NCBI GenBank assembly: GCA_030634545.1 | Contig: DAOWAN010000002.1 | Location: 1 to 57,230, forward strand | Reading direction: 5' to 3' | Source: Candidatus Nanohalarchaeota archaeon | Lineage (GTDB): Archaea; EX4484-52; B79-G9 | DNA: 57,230 bases | Part shown: one piece after another, positions 24,921-33,111 of the stretch | Layout of the letters: every line of letters starts with the position of its first letter | How positions within the stretch are numbered: the first letter of the stretch is position 1 | Notes under the pieces: model-generated | The model's database searches: none | Seen by the model: only the letters and a program-made list of their open reading frames with translations | What the model was told of the DNA's origin: nothing | Translations under genes and position numbers: made by a program

Positions 24921-26912
24921 TTATTTTTTCTTTTTCTTGAAATTCTTCTTGTATTTTACCAATATCAACAGTAAGAAAAATATGATTGCAACTGCACCCA
25001 CAATTATCATCGTGTTCTTGTTTCTTTCCTTGCTGATTATATCTTCCAATTCCTTTATGAGTCTCTGTTGCTCTTCATTGTTCAGTCTCAGCTTCTCTAC
25101 CAGTTCCGCCTGCTCTTCAGAATTAAGCTCAAGCTCAGATATTATTATTACCTGTTCATCAAGATTAAGTTGCATGTTGATTATAATCTCTGCCTGCTCT
25201 TCTGTTGTCAGTTCCAGATTAGATATAATCTCTGCCTGCTCTCCAGTGCTTAGCTGAAGCTCTGTTATCAGCCTTGCCTGTTCTTCTATGTTCAACTGAA
25301 GCTCTGTTATCAGCCTTGCCTGTTCTTCTGTTGACAGTTCCATCGCCAATATGATTAATGCCTGCTCTTCAACCTTCCCAGTTATCTCCTGTATGAATAT
25401 GACATCTTCTGCAATGGTGTTCTGCAATGCAGATATGATTTCACCCTGTTCTGCAAAGCTCAGTTCCATCTCTGCAATCAATCTTGCCTGCTCTTCTGTC
25501 TGAATCTCTAACAGACCTATAAGTATAGCCTTTTCCAGAAGATTTATGTTCAGGTTATCTATTATTATTGCCTGTTCCTGCACATTCAGGCTCAACTGCT
25601 GTATCATGATTGCCTGTTCCTGTACTGAAAGCTCTAATTGGGCAATGATGATAGCTTTTTCATCCACTGTCAACTGAAGCTGGTCAATTATATCCGTCTG
25701 TTCCAATATTGTCCTGTCAAGCTCTGCTATCAAAAGACCTTTCTCTTCAATAGTCATCTCAAATTGTGAAATAAGCTCTGTCATCTGGTTGACTGTAATT
25801 TCAAGCTGGTTAATCAATAAGGCTTTTTCCTCTATTGTCAATTTCAGCCTGTCTATAATCTCTGCCTGTTCCTGTATCGTCAAATCAAGATGTGATATTA
25901 ACCTTGCCTGCTCATCAAGAGTAAGCTGTAATTCTTCAAGCAACCTTATCTTGTCTTCCCTTAAATCTATCAGATTATCAATCAATATCAGAATCTCGTC
26001 AATCTCTAAATTAGCAGAATTTATGATGTCAATTAGATTAGACCTGCACTCGGAAAAAGTTGAATATCCATAAGCAAGACATATATCAGGAACTTGTTTT
26101 TGAACACATACACATTGGTCTTGGTCAACAACATAATCACCAGAGCATGTCAAAGGACAGATTTTAGTTATGCTCTCCACACAATGCGGTTGGGCTGGGT
26201 CATTCCAATCAGTGCCTTTGCAGAAATTCTGTTGCCAGATGCCGTCATAGACCTGACCACGAACCCAGAGACAGTCGCTTCCATCATAATATTTGTTATT
26301 ACTGCCGTAAGGTATATCTAAAAATAAATTATCATATTGTATGTTCAATATCTTTGTTGTGAACGGTCTGTCTCCACTCCAGCCTTCAATCTCTTCAATC
26401 TTACTCCATCTTTGCATAATATTATTGTTTTGGTCAAGCAGTTCAACATACCAAGAGCATCCATTTTCAGAATCATAATCAATGCCACCATAATCTCCAA
26501 GATAATATCTATCATACCAAGTACAATGGCTGTTGCAATAAAGAGTTTTATCACATACATCACCATACGCACAACTACTTCTATCACAATCCCTGTAACC
26601 AGCAACATAAACATCGTAAATAGGGCAGACACCTGAAATTCCAATATCTTCAATATACACACTGCATGCACCAAAATTATCAGAACTAAATTCTTTGCAT
26701 CCTTGGAAACTGTAATAATTTTCACCTGTATGAACCCTGAATTTCCATGTCTCACCTGATTGATGCGTCACAAGAATATCAAGCGGTATTCCAATCCCGA
26801 TTAAAGCTGTCTGCCTGCTTGGACTTATGAATACAGTAATTGCCAAAAGAAATAAAATAACCACTACTATTATCGTACCCCGTACTTTACTCTTTGTTTT
26901 CTTCTTTACCAT
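24921..26912 (-). CDS. membrane-anchored spike or tether candidate: Cys-rich head, about 320-aa 14-residue-repeat coiled coil, C-terminal TM (663 aa)
   Basis: MVKKKTKSKVRG plus a TM. A Cys-rich domain at aa 35-290 is paralogous to 30417-31478. About 23 repeats of LxLT.EEQA.II.. span aa 300-622. TM (MIIVGAVAIIFFLLLILV) and a KKNFKKKKK tail. Confidence 0.85.
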   Translation of the reverse strand: MVKKKTKSKVRGTIIVVVILFLLAITVFISPSRQTALIGIGIPLDILVTHQSGETWKFRVHTGENYYSFQGCKEFSSDNFGACSVYIEDIGISGVCPIYDVYVAGYRDCDRSSCAYGDVCDKTLYCNSHCTWYDRYYLGDYGGIDYDSENGCSWYVELLDQNNNIMQRWSKIEEIEGWSGDRPFTTKILNIQYDNLFLDIPYGSNNKYYDGSDCLWVRGQVYDGIWQQNFCKGTDWNDPAQPHCVESITKICPLTCSGDYVVDQDQCVCVQKQVPDICLAYGYSTFSECRSNLIDIINSANLEIDEILILIDNLIDLREDKIRLLEELQLTLDEQARLISHLDLTIQEQAEIIDRLKLTIEEKALLINQLEITVNQMTELISQFEMTIEEKGLLIAELDRTILEQTDIIDQLQLTVDEKAIIIAQLELSVQEQAIMIQQLSLNVQEQAIIIDNLNINLLEKAILIGLLEIQTEEQARLIAEMELSFAEQGEIISALQNTIAEDVIFIQEITGKVEEQALIILAMELSTEEQARLITELQLNIEEQARLITELQLSTGEQAEIISNLELTTEEQAEIIINMQLNLDEQVIIISELELNSEEQAELVEKLRLNNEEQQRLIKELEDIISKERNKNTMIIVGAVAIIFFLLLILVKYKKNFKKKKK
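25047..26015. repeat. about 23 tandem 42-bp (14-codon) coding repeats
   Basis: In-frame periodicity of 42 bp. Adjacent units can be near-identical: gctctgttatcagccttgcctgttcttct occurs at 25259 and again at 25301. Confidence 0.85.
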
Positions 26913-26924
26913 CTATTTTAAGAT

Positions 26925-27182
26925 TTATTCCCATTCAAACCATTTGTTTGCTAAGAATCCCCAGAACCATAGATTAAAGATTCCGTAACATAATATCAAA
27001 AAGCCTGCCAGCATCATCAGGTTTGTCCTGGTCGGGTCAATAAGACCTCTCAGATAAACCATCAATACCAAAGGCAGTCCTGATACTAAGCCTGCAACAT
27101 AGCTTTTCAGTGTTGTCAAAACATTCTTAATGTCCCAAAATTTTCTTGCTTTAACTCTTGCTTTTCTTCTTTTTTTTGCCAT
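26925..27182 (-). CDS. small membrane protein (85 aa, 2-3 TM) with polybasic N-terminus
   Basis: MAKKRRKARVKARKFW..., then hydrophobic helices (GLVSGLPLVLMVYL, LMMLAGFLILCYGIFNLWFWGFL). Confidence 0.7.
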   Translation of the reverse strand: MAKKRRKARVKARKFWDIKNVLTTLKSYVAGLVSGLPLVLMVYLRGLIDPTRTNLMMLAGFLILCYGIFNLWFWGFLANKWFEWE

Positions 27183-27188
27183 GATTTA

Positions 27189-27455
27189 TCACCTTTTCTT
27201 AACACCTTTTGGGTGTTTTTCCATCCAAGATTTAATAAATTTCAATGCTTTTGATTTTTTCTTAAATGTTTTTCTCTTAGTCCAACTCACTTTAGTTCTT
27301 GAATAAATATTAGATGTTACAACATCCCATCTTTCTTTTCCTTTTATTTCAGCCCAAAAGCCAAAAATTCTATATGTTGCATTTGGTTGTTTATTATGAA
27401 ACCTTATACCATATTTATTATTTTCAATCTGTTTCCAGTTCCCTATTTTTGCCAT
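27189..27455 (-). CDS. small highly basic Trp/Lys-rich protein (88 aa)
   Basis: ATG ORF preceded by AGGTGATATGTT-ATG. K/R-rich C-terminus (KRKTFKKKSKALKFIKSWMEKHPKGVKKR). No TM. Confidence 0.65.
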   Translation of the reverse strand: MAKIGNWKQIENNKYGIRFHNKQPNATYRIFGFWAEIKGKERWDVVTSNIYSRTKVSWTKRKTFKKKSKALKFIKSWMEKHPKGVKKR

Positions 27456-27472
27456 AACATATCACCTTTTTC

Positions 27473-27667
27473 TTATTCTTCATAAAGAGATAATGTTTCT
27501 ACTGAATTTTTAAGATTTGATTTATCCAATTCTGCTAACACTCTCACTTTAATATTTTTTCTTTTGAATCTTTTTTTATAAAAGATTGTTAAATGTAATG
27601 TTTTTGGAAGATATACTGCTTTTCTAACTCCTTTAATTTTTTCAAATCTTTTTACAAATTTTACCAT
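27473..27667 (-). CDS. small basic protein (64 aa)
   Basis: ATG ORF (MVKFVKRFEKIKGVRK...). Confidence 0.55.
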   Translation of the reverse strand: MVKFVKRFEKIKGVRKAVYLPKTLHLTIFYKKRFKRKNIKVRVLAELDKSNLKNSVETLSLYEE

Positions 27668-27676
27668 CTTTTTCTT

Positions 27677-28276
27677 TTAAGTCGGATTAGGGAAGCACCA
27701 CATGTAATGTATCTCTTCATCAGCAAGCCATACAAACCTTGTTGCTGAACCGTCTGGACATCTGCAACAGAAGTCTATATAGTTCGGATGATTTGACATG
27801 CACTGTTCCATCTCGTAAGCATAATCTATATCTTCTTCATTACCTGCATTAAGGTAATCATAGAAGTCGATTGACCTTTCAGCCATACTCAATATATTCT
27901 TATAATTTTCATAAGTGAACTCATCTCCAAGTTCCCAGTTATGTTCTAGGACGTTCTCACAGACAGGATATAAATATTTGCATTCCCATTTAATGAGTGT
28001 CCTTGCACATGCAGTGCCTTCTTCACAGCAACCAGGGTCTTCATTGCAATACTGACCTAATGAGAATATCTTTTCACATTCTGGGTCTGGCTCTGCATCA
28101 TCATCATCTTCACCTTCATCAACAGAATTGAAGTCCTGCCACCAAGCCCTTACCTTACCATATACTTCAAATTTGACAGACACAAAACCTAGAATCAGTA
28201 TCAAAATCAGTGCTAAAATTACCCATTTCAGCTTTTTGTTTTTATTTTTCTTAGTATATTTTCTCTTCTTTACCAT
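27677..28276 (-). CDS. single-pass membrane protein with Cys-rich acidic ectodomain (199 aa)
   Basis: MVKKRKYTKKNKNKKLKW plus a TM (VILALILILILGFVSV), then about 14 Cys. Confidence 0.75.
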   Translation of the reverse strand: MVKKRKYTKKNKNKKLKWVILALILILILGFVSVKFEVYGKVRAWWQDFNSVDEGEDDDDAEPDPECEKIFSLGQYCNEDPGCCEEGTACARTLIKWECKYLYPVCENVLEHNWELGDEFTYENYKNILSMAERSIDFYDYLNAGNEEDIDYAYEMEQCMSNHPNYIDFCCRCPDGSATRFVWLADEEIHYMWCFPNPT

Positions 28277-28292
28277 CTTAAATCACTTTAAT

Positions 28293-28646
28293 TTAAGTAT
28301 AGATGCCGATACACTTGCATTCGTAAAGACCTTGTGTAGTGTAGATGCCTTCACATCTCTTGCCGTCTTCATAACAGTACTTGTCCAGACAATCTGTCGG
28401 ATTGCTTACAATACCACTGCAAACCCTTATCTCAGTACAGCATTCATCCTCAATCTCATCAGTGCATATACCATCCCATGCTGGGGCTTCACAAGAATGC
28501 TTGTTATAAGTACAGCTAACGAAGTCATAGACTGGCTCTCCATTGAAGTTGTTCACTACAAACAGGAAAACAATTCCAAGTATGAAGAACACTAATGCAG
28601 TCAATAATATCGGTGTAATGTTTCTTTTCTTTTTTTTGTTTGCCAT
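28293..28646 (-). CDS. single-pass membrane protein with Cys-rich ectodomain (117 aa)
   Basis: MANKKKKRNITP plus a TM (ILLTALVFFILGIVFLFVV), then about 12 Cys. Confidence 0.7.
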   Translation of the reverse strand: MANKKKKRNITPILLTALVFFILGIVFLFVVNNFNGEPVYDFVSCTYNKHSCEAPAWDGICTDEIEDECCTEIRVCSGIVSNPTDCLDKYCYEDGKRCEGIYTTQGLYECKCIGIYT

Positions 28647-28649
28647 CTT

Positions 28650-28889
28650 TTATCTTTTTAATATAGTTTTTGCATTGAAGATATTTGTAACAATGAAATA
28701 TACTAATGGAATAAATAAGAATGAGATTGCAGTCTGAATCATGTCAGCTACCCATAATAAATTTTGTGACAGATAATTAGGCAAGACAGTCCTCAAAACG
28801 CCTAAAACAAACATCACAAAAACAGTTATCATAAGCCCTTTCCATTCTCTCTTGGACATCTTCTTCTTTTGCTTCTTTTTCTTTACCAT
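28650..28889 (-). CDS. small membrane protein (79 aa, 2 TM) with polybasic N-terminus
   Basis: MVKKKKQKKKMSKREWKG, then LMITVFVMFVLGVL and AISFLFIPLVYFIVTNI. Confidence 0.7.
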   Translation of the reverse strand: MVKKKKQKKKMSKREWKGLMITVFVMFVLGVLRTVLPNYLSQNLLWVADMIQTAISFLFIPLVYFIVTNIFNAKTILKR

Positions 28890-28891
28890 AT

Positions 28892-29425
28892 TTATTCCTC
28901 AAGCTCATTAATGGCATCATTGATTTTTCTTATACGTTCAGTCGCTTTTTCCCTTGCCTGCTCTGATTTCTGGATTGCGTTCTGGATGCCGTTTCTTGCC
29001 TGCACTGGCACTTTTTCCAAGACATCTTCCAAAACATCTAGATGGTGCTGTGTCGCAAGTTCCAGCTTCTCCTGAAACATCTTTCTTCTTGCCAAATCTG
29101 AAACTAAATAGCCAAGATTCTCTGCTTCAGTCAATTCTTCTTCATACTCTTCCATAAGCTCTTCTGCGTAATCTTCTTTTAAATCATCTGGCATGTCCCT
29201 TAACTCAGCTAAACGCCGTTCTGCCTTGATAAGATGATGCTCTGCCTGTCTGTTCCTTATCCTGTAAACAAGCCCTTCTGCGAACTCGTAGCCTGTCTTC
29301 AAAGCATATCTGAACTTCATGTCAGGTGTTATACCCTGTCTAGGCACTTCTTCAGTTGACTGTGCTGTAACCAAACTAGATAACATCAATGTTATCAAAA
29401 GTATTGAAAATAGTTTTTGTTTCAT
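28892..29425 (-). CDS. secreted helical protein (177 aa)
   Basis: Signal peptide MKQKLFSILLITLMLSSLVTAQS. GITPDMKFRYALKTGYE resembles the GxTPDSxxYxLK start of a family of secreted helical proteins (I recall it as DUF5667-like; unverified). Confidence 0.7.
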   Translation of the reverse strand: MKQKLFSILLITLMLSSLVTAQSTEEVPRQGITPDMKFRYALKTGYEFAEGLVYRIRNRQAEHHLIKAERRLAELRDMPDDLKEDYAEELMEEYEEELTEAENLGYLVSDLARRKMFQEKLELATQHHLDVLEDVLEKVPVQARNGIQNAIQKSEQAREKATERIRKINDAINELEE

Positions 29426-29426
29426 T

Positions 29427-29804
29427 TTAGATACTCCTCTCGTAGATTATTACGACCAGTGCTATGATATAGACAGTCCCCATGATGCCCTTCAACTGCT
29501 CTGGGATTGAGCCTGTGGATAATCCTATACTGGCTGATATGATTACAATAATACCTATTATTATCGTGAAAATGTGTGCCAATTCCTTTGATGTCAGACC
29601 ATCTTTCCACATCTTCAATGCTGTCCTGATACCGCCTTCTGCTGTCAGACCAATACCTAACACCATTGTCTGAACCATCAATATCTGGAAGTTCGTAAAA
29701 GTCCAAAGCTCAAAGAACTGACCTATCAGTGTCACAAATCCGATGAAACCTATCAAGAATATTGCGTTCTTGAATCCTTTTGTTATCTTTATTTTCTTTG
29801 CCAT
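29427..29804 (-). CDS. polytopic small membrane protein (125 aa, 3-4 TM)
   Basis: MAKKIKITKGFK, then several hydrophobic helices. The competing 29422-29706 frame is His/Arg-rich and unlikely. Confidence 0.7.
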   Translation of the reverse strand: MAKKIKITKGFKNAIFLIGFIGFVTLIGQFFELWTFTNFQILMVQTMVLGIGLTAEGGIRTALKMWKDGLTSKELAHIFTIIIGIIVIISASIGLSTGSIPEQLKGIMGTVYIIALVVIIYERSI

Positions 29805-29805
29805 T

Positions 29806-30081
29806 TTATTTTAAACATACACAACTCAAACGCATTGTGTCTCTATCAATTATAATTATTTCTTTTGCATAACAGTTGTTATTTTCTGGATTATTAGGAT
29901 TTAAACAATTTGGCTTGACATCAATCTCATTACCAGTCCAGAAATTAAAACTATCACTATCATGTGGTGCTGTAATTTTTGGTTTAGTAACTATATAAAA
30001 CATTATTATAGTAAACAAGACTAGTAGAATAAAGAATGAAATCTTCCACATATTGCGTTTTTTCTTTCTTTTCTTTGCCAT
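29806..30081 (-). CDS. single-pass membrane protein with small Cys ectodomain (91 aa)
   Basis: Start taken at the ATG giving MAKKRKKKRNMWK plus a TM (ISFFILLVLFTIIMFYIV). The track start at 30090 is a TTG. Confidence 0.65.
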   Translation of the reverse strand: MAKKRKKKRNMWKISFFILLVLFTIIMFYIVTKPKITAPHDSDSFNFWTGNEIDVKPNCLNPNNPENNNCYAKEIIIIDRDTMRLSCVCLK

Positions 30082-30165
30082 CTTCTTCAAATTAAAATAA
30101 TAGAAGCGTCATCATCCCCTCACGTTAGACTCTGCTTCCAATGAACTTTTGTGGATTATAAAAAA

Positions 30166-30408
30166 TTAATCAAAAAACTGGTTCTTGACTGCCCAGCCGA
30201 TTTTCCACAGACCTGATGCTGTTATCAGACCAATAGTCACAGTGCCGACTGTCGGGTGTATCTTGCCTAATATGTCCGAGACCATATTGAAGTCTAGGAA
30301 CTCAAGAATACCTATGTTCAGACCGCCGAATACCAACAGACCGTCAGCTACTTTGTCAACAAACTCAACTACTTTATTTTTCTTCTTATATTTTTTCTTT
30401 TTTGCCAT
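30166..30408 (-). CDS. small membrane protein (80 aa, 2 TM)
   Basis: AGGTGA, an 8-nt spacer, then ATG giving MAKKKKYKKKNK... The track start is a GTG inside the SD. Confidence 0.65.
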   Translation of the reverse strand: MAKKKKYKKKNKVVEFVDKVADGLLVFGGLNIGILEFLDFNMVSDILGKIHPTVGTVTIGLITASGLWKIGWAVKNQFFD

Positions 30409-30416
30409 AGCATTAC

Positions 30417-31478
30417 TCACCTTTTCTTCTTTGTTTTCCTGTTCCTGTTGAACAAGATGCTGAATGTGATAAGCATTAATATAAATAATATTATTATGAT
30501 GATGGTGTTCGTCAGTTTAAATTCAAAAGGCTCTTCTGGTTCTTGTTCTGGTGGCTCTTCCTCTGGTGGCTCTTCCTCAAGTGTGCATTCGTCATTCACA
30601 CAGAAAAAGCCTTCTGAACAGTCTGAATCTGAAATACATTCTGGCTGTGGTTCAACACAAGTGCATGAGTCATAATCAAGCTCTTTGTCTTCTGGACATC
30701 CTAATTTACATAATAAAGTCACTGGCTCTATACAGTCTGGCTCATCAAGACCGTCATTACCAAGACAGACATTATATCTGTATCTGTCATCTTCAACCTG
30801 AAATTTCACACTTATACATGATTTTATACTAGAGCCGTCTGCACGTCTCTGGACAATTCCGTAATGGTCAGATATAGTTTTTATAGAAGTCCCTTCATAC
30901 TTGAAATCAATGGCTTCCCTGTAATATTTGTCTTTTTCCCAGTCTTCACCATATTTATCCTGTGCAGATAATTCCTTTATCAGGTTGCCTTCCTTGTCTT
31001 TAACTAAAATATACCATGCACAATTATCATAACTGTCATAGATTGCACCGCCGTATGTACCTAAATCATAGCCGTCAATCCAACTGCAATGACTTTCACA
31101 ATAATCTCCTCTGCTTGTTGAAGTTCTTTCATCACAATTCTCACCGTACATGCAGTTGCTTCTGCTTGCGATACTGTCACAGTCACGCCAGCCTTCACCA
31201 TAGCATTGTTCAATAGTGCAGTCAAATTCATAGTCAATCACTTCACCCCAGACACGGCACGCACTTTTTCCAGAACATCCAGTCGGCTTGCAACCAGTCT
31301 TCTTCCAATACTTGTCAAAAGCATTGAATGTTATCTTCAAATCTTCTGTCTCAAGAACGAAGTCAGTTCCCATGCCGATTAGTGCAGTCTGACGTACAAA
31401 AAATATTGCCATAAGAAAAATTATCAGAATGGTTGAAACTATCAAAATCTTTGTCTTTCTCTTAATTTTATCTGCCAT
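30417..31478 (-). CDS. membrane-anchored Cys-rich ectodomain protein, paralog of the head of 24921-26912 (353 aa)
   Basis: MADKIKRKTK plus a TM, then VRQTALIGMG. Shared blocks with 24921-26912: GWRDCD/GYRDCD, CMYGENCDE/CAYGDVCDK, SHCSWIDGYDLGTYGGAIYDSYDNCAWYILV/SHCTWYDRYYLGDYGGIDYDSENGCSWYVEL. Acidic EEPPEEEPPEQEPEEP linker, then a C-terminal TM and NRNRKTKKKR. Confidence 0.85.
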   Translation of the reverse strand: MADKIKRKTKILIVSTILIIFLMAIFFVRQTALIGMGTDFVLETEDLKITFNAFDKYWKKTGCKPTGCSGKSACRVWGEVIDYEFDCTIEQCYGEGWRDCDSIASRSNCMYGENCDERTSTSRGDYCESHCSWIDGYDLGTYGGAIYDSYDNCAWYILVKDKEGNLIKELSAQDKYGEDWEKDKYYREAIDFKYEGTSIKTISDHYGIVQRRADGSSIKSCISVKFQVEDDRYRYNVCLGNDGLDEPDCIEPVTLLCKLGCPEDKELDYDSCTCVEPQPECISDSDCSEGFFCVNDECTLEEEPPEEEPPEQEPEEPFEFKLTNTIIIIILFILMLITFSILFNRNRKTKKKR

Positions 31479-31502
31479 CTTCAAAAAAAAGATTCTCTGC
31501 CT

Positions 31503-31898
31503 TTACATGTATCTCTTGACAATGATTTCTGAAAGCCAGACAATCGATAATACAGTGAAAAAACCAAACACATTAGTAGATACAACATATCCTATATATG
31601 GTATTGTGAATGCTTTGTCCAATGCAGTTATCAAAATTGTCATTGAAATGACTTTCACACCTGACTCTGCACTGATAATCTCTTTCCCTTTCCTGACCCT
31701 TATCACATACACCATGAAGCATACTATCAAGATACCTTCTACAAACCAAATCAAGTCTGCTATATAGTTTCTTAGTGTAGTGAAAAGAAGCCCAAAAAGA
31801 AATAAGATGACCAATGACAACACTGCGGTTGCAGTCAGTTTCATCAACATCTTAGGCATATCTTCTTTTTTCTTTGCTTTTTTTCTCTTTTTAGCCAT
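31503..31898 (-). CDS. polytopic membrane protein (131 aa, 3-4 TM) with polybasic N-terminus
   Basis: MAKKRKKAKKKEDMPK..., then hydrophobic helices. Alternative starts at 31904 (ATG) and 31907 (TTG). Confidence 0.7.
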   Translation of the reverse strand: MAKKRKKAKKKEDMPKMLMKLTATAVLSLVILFLFGLLFTTLRNYIADLIWFVEGILIVCFMVYVIRVRKGKEIISAESGVKVISMTILITALDKAFTIPYIGYVVSTNVFGFFTVLSIVWLSEIIVKRYM

Positions 31899-31922
31899 GA
31901 GCATCAACTTTGTTAATTAATC

Positions 31923-32102
31923 CTAATCCATATATTTAGGAATGAATTTTAGATATTTTTTTAGTTCTTTAACTGCTTTTTCAGTATATAAAGAACCACC
32001 ACCATATCTTTTTTTCTTGGGTAATTGTTCAACATTTTTAATTAATTTTTTAATTCTTGATATGTGTCTTGTTTTGGAATCATATTTTTTTATCTTTACC
32101 AT
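31923..32102 (-). CDS. small highly basic protein (59 aa; not in the ORF track)
   Basis: AAGGTGAATTAATC-ATG, then MVKIKKYDSKTRHISRIKKLIKNVEQLPKKKRYGGGSLYTEKAVKELKKYLKFIPKYMD. Confidence 0.5.
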   Translation of the reverse strand: MVKIKKYDSKTRHISRIKKLIKNVEQLPKKKRYGGGSLYTEKAVKELKKYLKFIPKYMD

Positions 32103-32109
32103 GATTAAT

Positions 32110-32442
32110 TCACCTTTTTACAATCTTATAGATTTGAAAATCATAACCCCAGAAGAAGGTTTTTTTATCTTTTTTATTATGACCATATCCTGCAAATCCG
32201 CCACCCCTATTTTTAACATTTTTATGCTTTTCTGTGACTTTAACAGTTCTCGGTTTTCCTTCTTTATGAGTTTTGTAACGAATTACACTTCCGATTTTGT
32301 AATTTTTGATTTTTTTCTTTTTTAGTAGTTTTCTTTCAACAGCTTTTTTTCTTTTTCCTTTTAAAACTTTTTTACCAAAACACACTCTACAAATTGAATA
32401 TTCAGGCATTGATTCTCTTTTACGACATTTTTTACATAACAT
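32110..32442 (-). CDS. highly basic protein with N-terminal Zn-ribbon (110 aa)
   Basis: AGGTGAAAAATC-ATG. CKKC...CRVC, then a Lys-rich region (KGKRKKAVERKLLKKKKIKNYK). Confidence 0.7.
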   Translation of the reverse strand: MLCKKCRKRESMPEYSICRVCFGKKVLKGKRKKAVERKLLKKKKIKNYKIGSVIRYKTHKEGKPRTVKVTEKHKNVKNRGGGFAGYGHNKKDKKTFFWGYDFQIYKIVKR

Positions 32443-32448
32443 GATTTT

Positions 32449-32802
32449 TCACCTTTTTCTTGATATTGGAATTTTAAATGGTTTCATATATTTTTTTAAA
32501 TAATTATAAAAAGTATCAGTCATTGTAAATGGTTTGAAATATCCTTTTTCTTTTGTTTCATAATAAGTTCGTCCTTTACCTAATCCCCAGCCTTTCCATT
32601 TATAGACTTTTTTACCGCCATAATACAAAAATCTTCTTTTTACTTCGTATGGTTTTCCACCTGAAGCAGAGTTCCAATATATGATATTTTTCTTATTTTC
32701 TTCTTGTTTTTGTTTTAAAGCATTCCATTCTTTACCTTGATATTTTCCTTTGACCTTTGAAAAATCAATTCTGACTCCTTTTTTTCTCTTCTTTCTTGGC
32801 AT
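32449..32802 (-). CDS. highly basic, Tyr/Trp/Gly-rich protein (117 aa); candidate nucleic-acid-binding protein
   Basis: MPRKKRKKG... About one third of residues are K/R, with many Y/W/G. No TM. Confidence 0.7.
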   Translation of the reverse strand: MPRKKRKKGVRIDFSKVKGKYQGKEWNALKQKQEENKKNIIYWNSASGGKPYEVKRRFLYYGGKKVYKWKGWGLGKGRTYYETKEKGYFKPFTMTDTFYNYLKKYMKPFKIPISRKR

Positions 32803-32803
32803 T

Positions 32804-33103
32804 TTACTTTAAACTATTTATTATATCTTTAATGAACTGGAAGTCTGCTGATAGTATGATTAAGTATGATAACAGTGAGAATATCTGCGTCAACAAGAAC
32901 ATCAGGAACAGTTCTGCCTTGACTTCTTTGACTGTCAGTTTTGAGTTAATCCTTCTCCTGAAAAAGAACAATACTATCAATGGAAAAACTATGAAGACAA
33001 TCGGCAGTAATATATATTGTGTCTTCAGCAAGACCATTATATTGTCTAGCAAAGGCTTTGGCTCTGTCACCAGTTTACATGTAGCTAATAGTGTTGAGTT
33101 CAT
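32804..33103 (-). CDS. membrane protein (99 aa, 2-3 TM)
   Basis: Hydrophobic helices ILLPIVFIVFPLIVLFFF and LFLMFLLTQIFSLLSYLIIL. Confidence 0.6.
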   Translation of the reverse strand: MNSTLLATCKLVTEPKPLLDNIMVLLKTQYILLPIVFIVFPLIVLFFFRRRINSKLTVKEVKAELFLMFLLTQIFSLLSYLIILSADFQFIKDIINSLK

Positions 33104-33111
33104 TTATTTTT

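Noticed and set aside
25047-26015. CRISPR-like regular repeat array (42-bp period), and similarly the 99-bp repeat at 12590-12787
   Set aside because: The periodicity is in frame within long ORFs and encodes a 14-aa coiled-coil repeat or a Zn-ribbon module. There is no repeat-spacer alternation and no cas genes.
26345-26755. 136-aa minus-strand ORF in another frame of the 663-aa gene
   Set aside because: It overlaps the Cys-rich head domain. The homology of that domain to 30417-31478 fixes the true frame.
28128-28595. 155-aa plus-strand ORF
   Set aside because: It is an antisense shadow spanning two minus-strand membrane-protein genes. It has no start signals.
29422-29706. 94-aa minus-strand ORF
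   Set aside because: It is an alternative frame of 29427-29804. It has an unusual His/Arg/Tyr-rich composition, whereas the chosen frame gives a coherent 3-4-TM protein with the family MAKK leader.
24921-31907. Type IV pilin-like class III signal peptides (for example KVRG-TIIVVV, ITKG-FKNAI)
   Set aside because: Only one or two N-termini have a (K/R)G directly before the hydrophobic stretch. Most lack it, and no prepilin peptidase or pilus assembly ATPase/platform genes are present.
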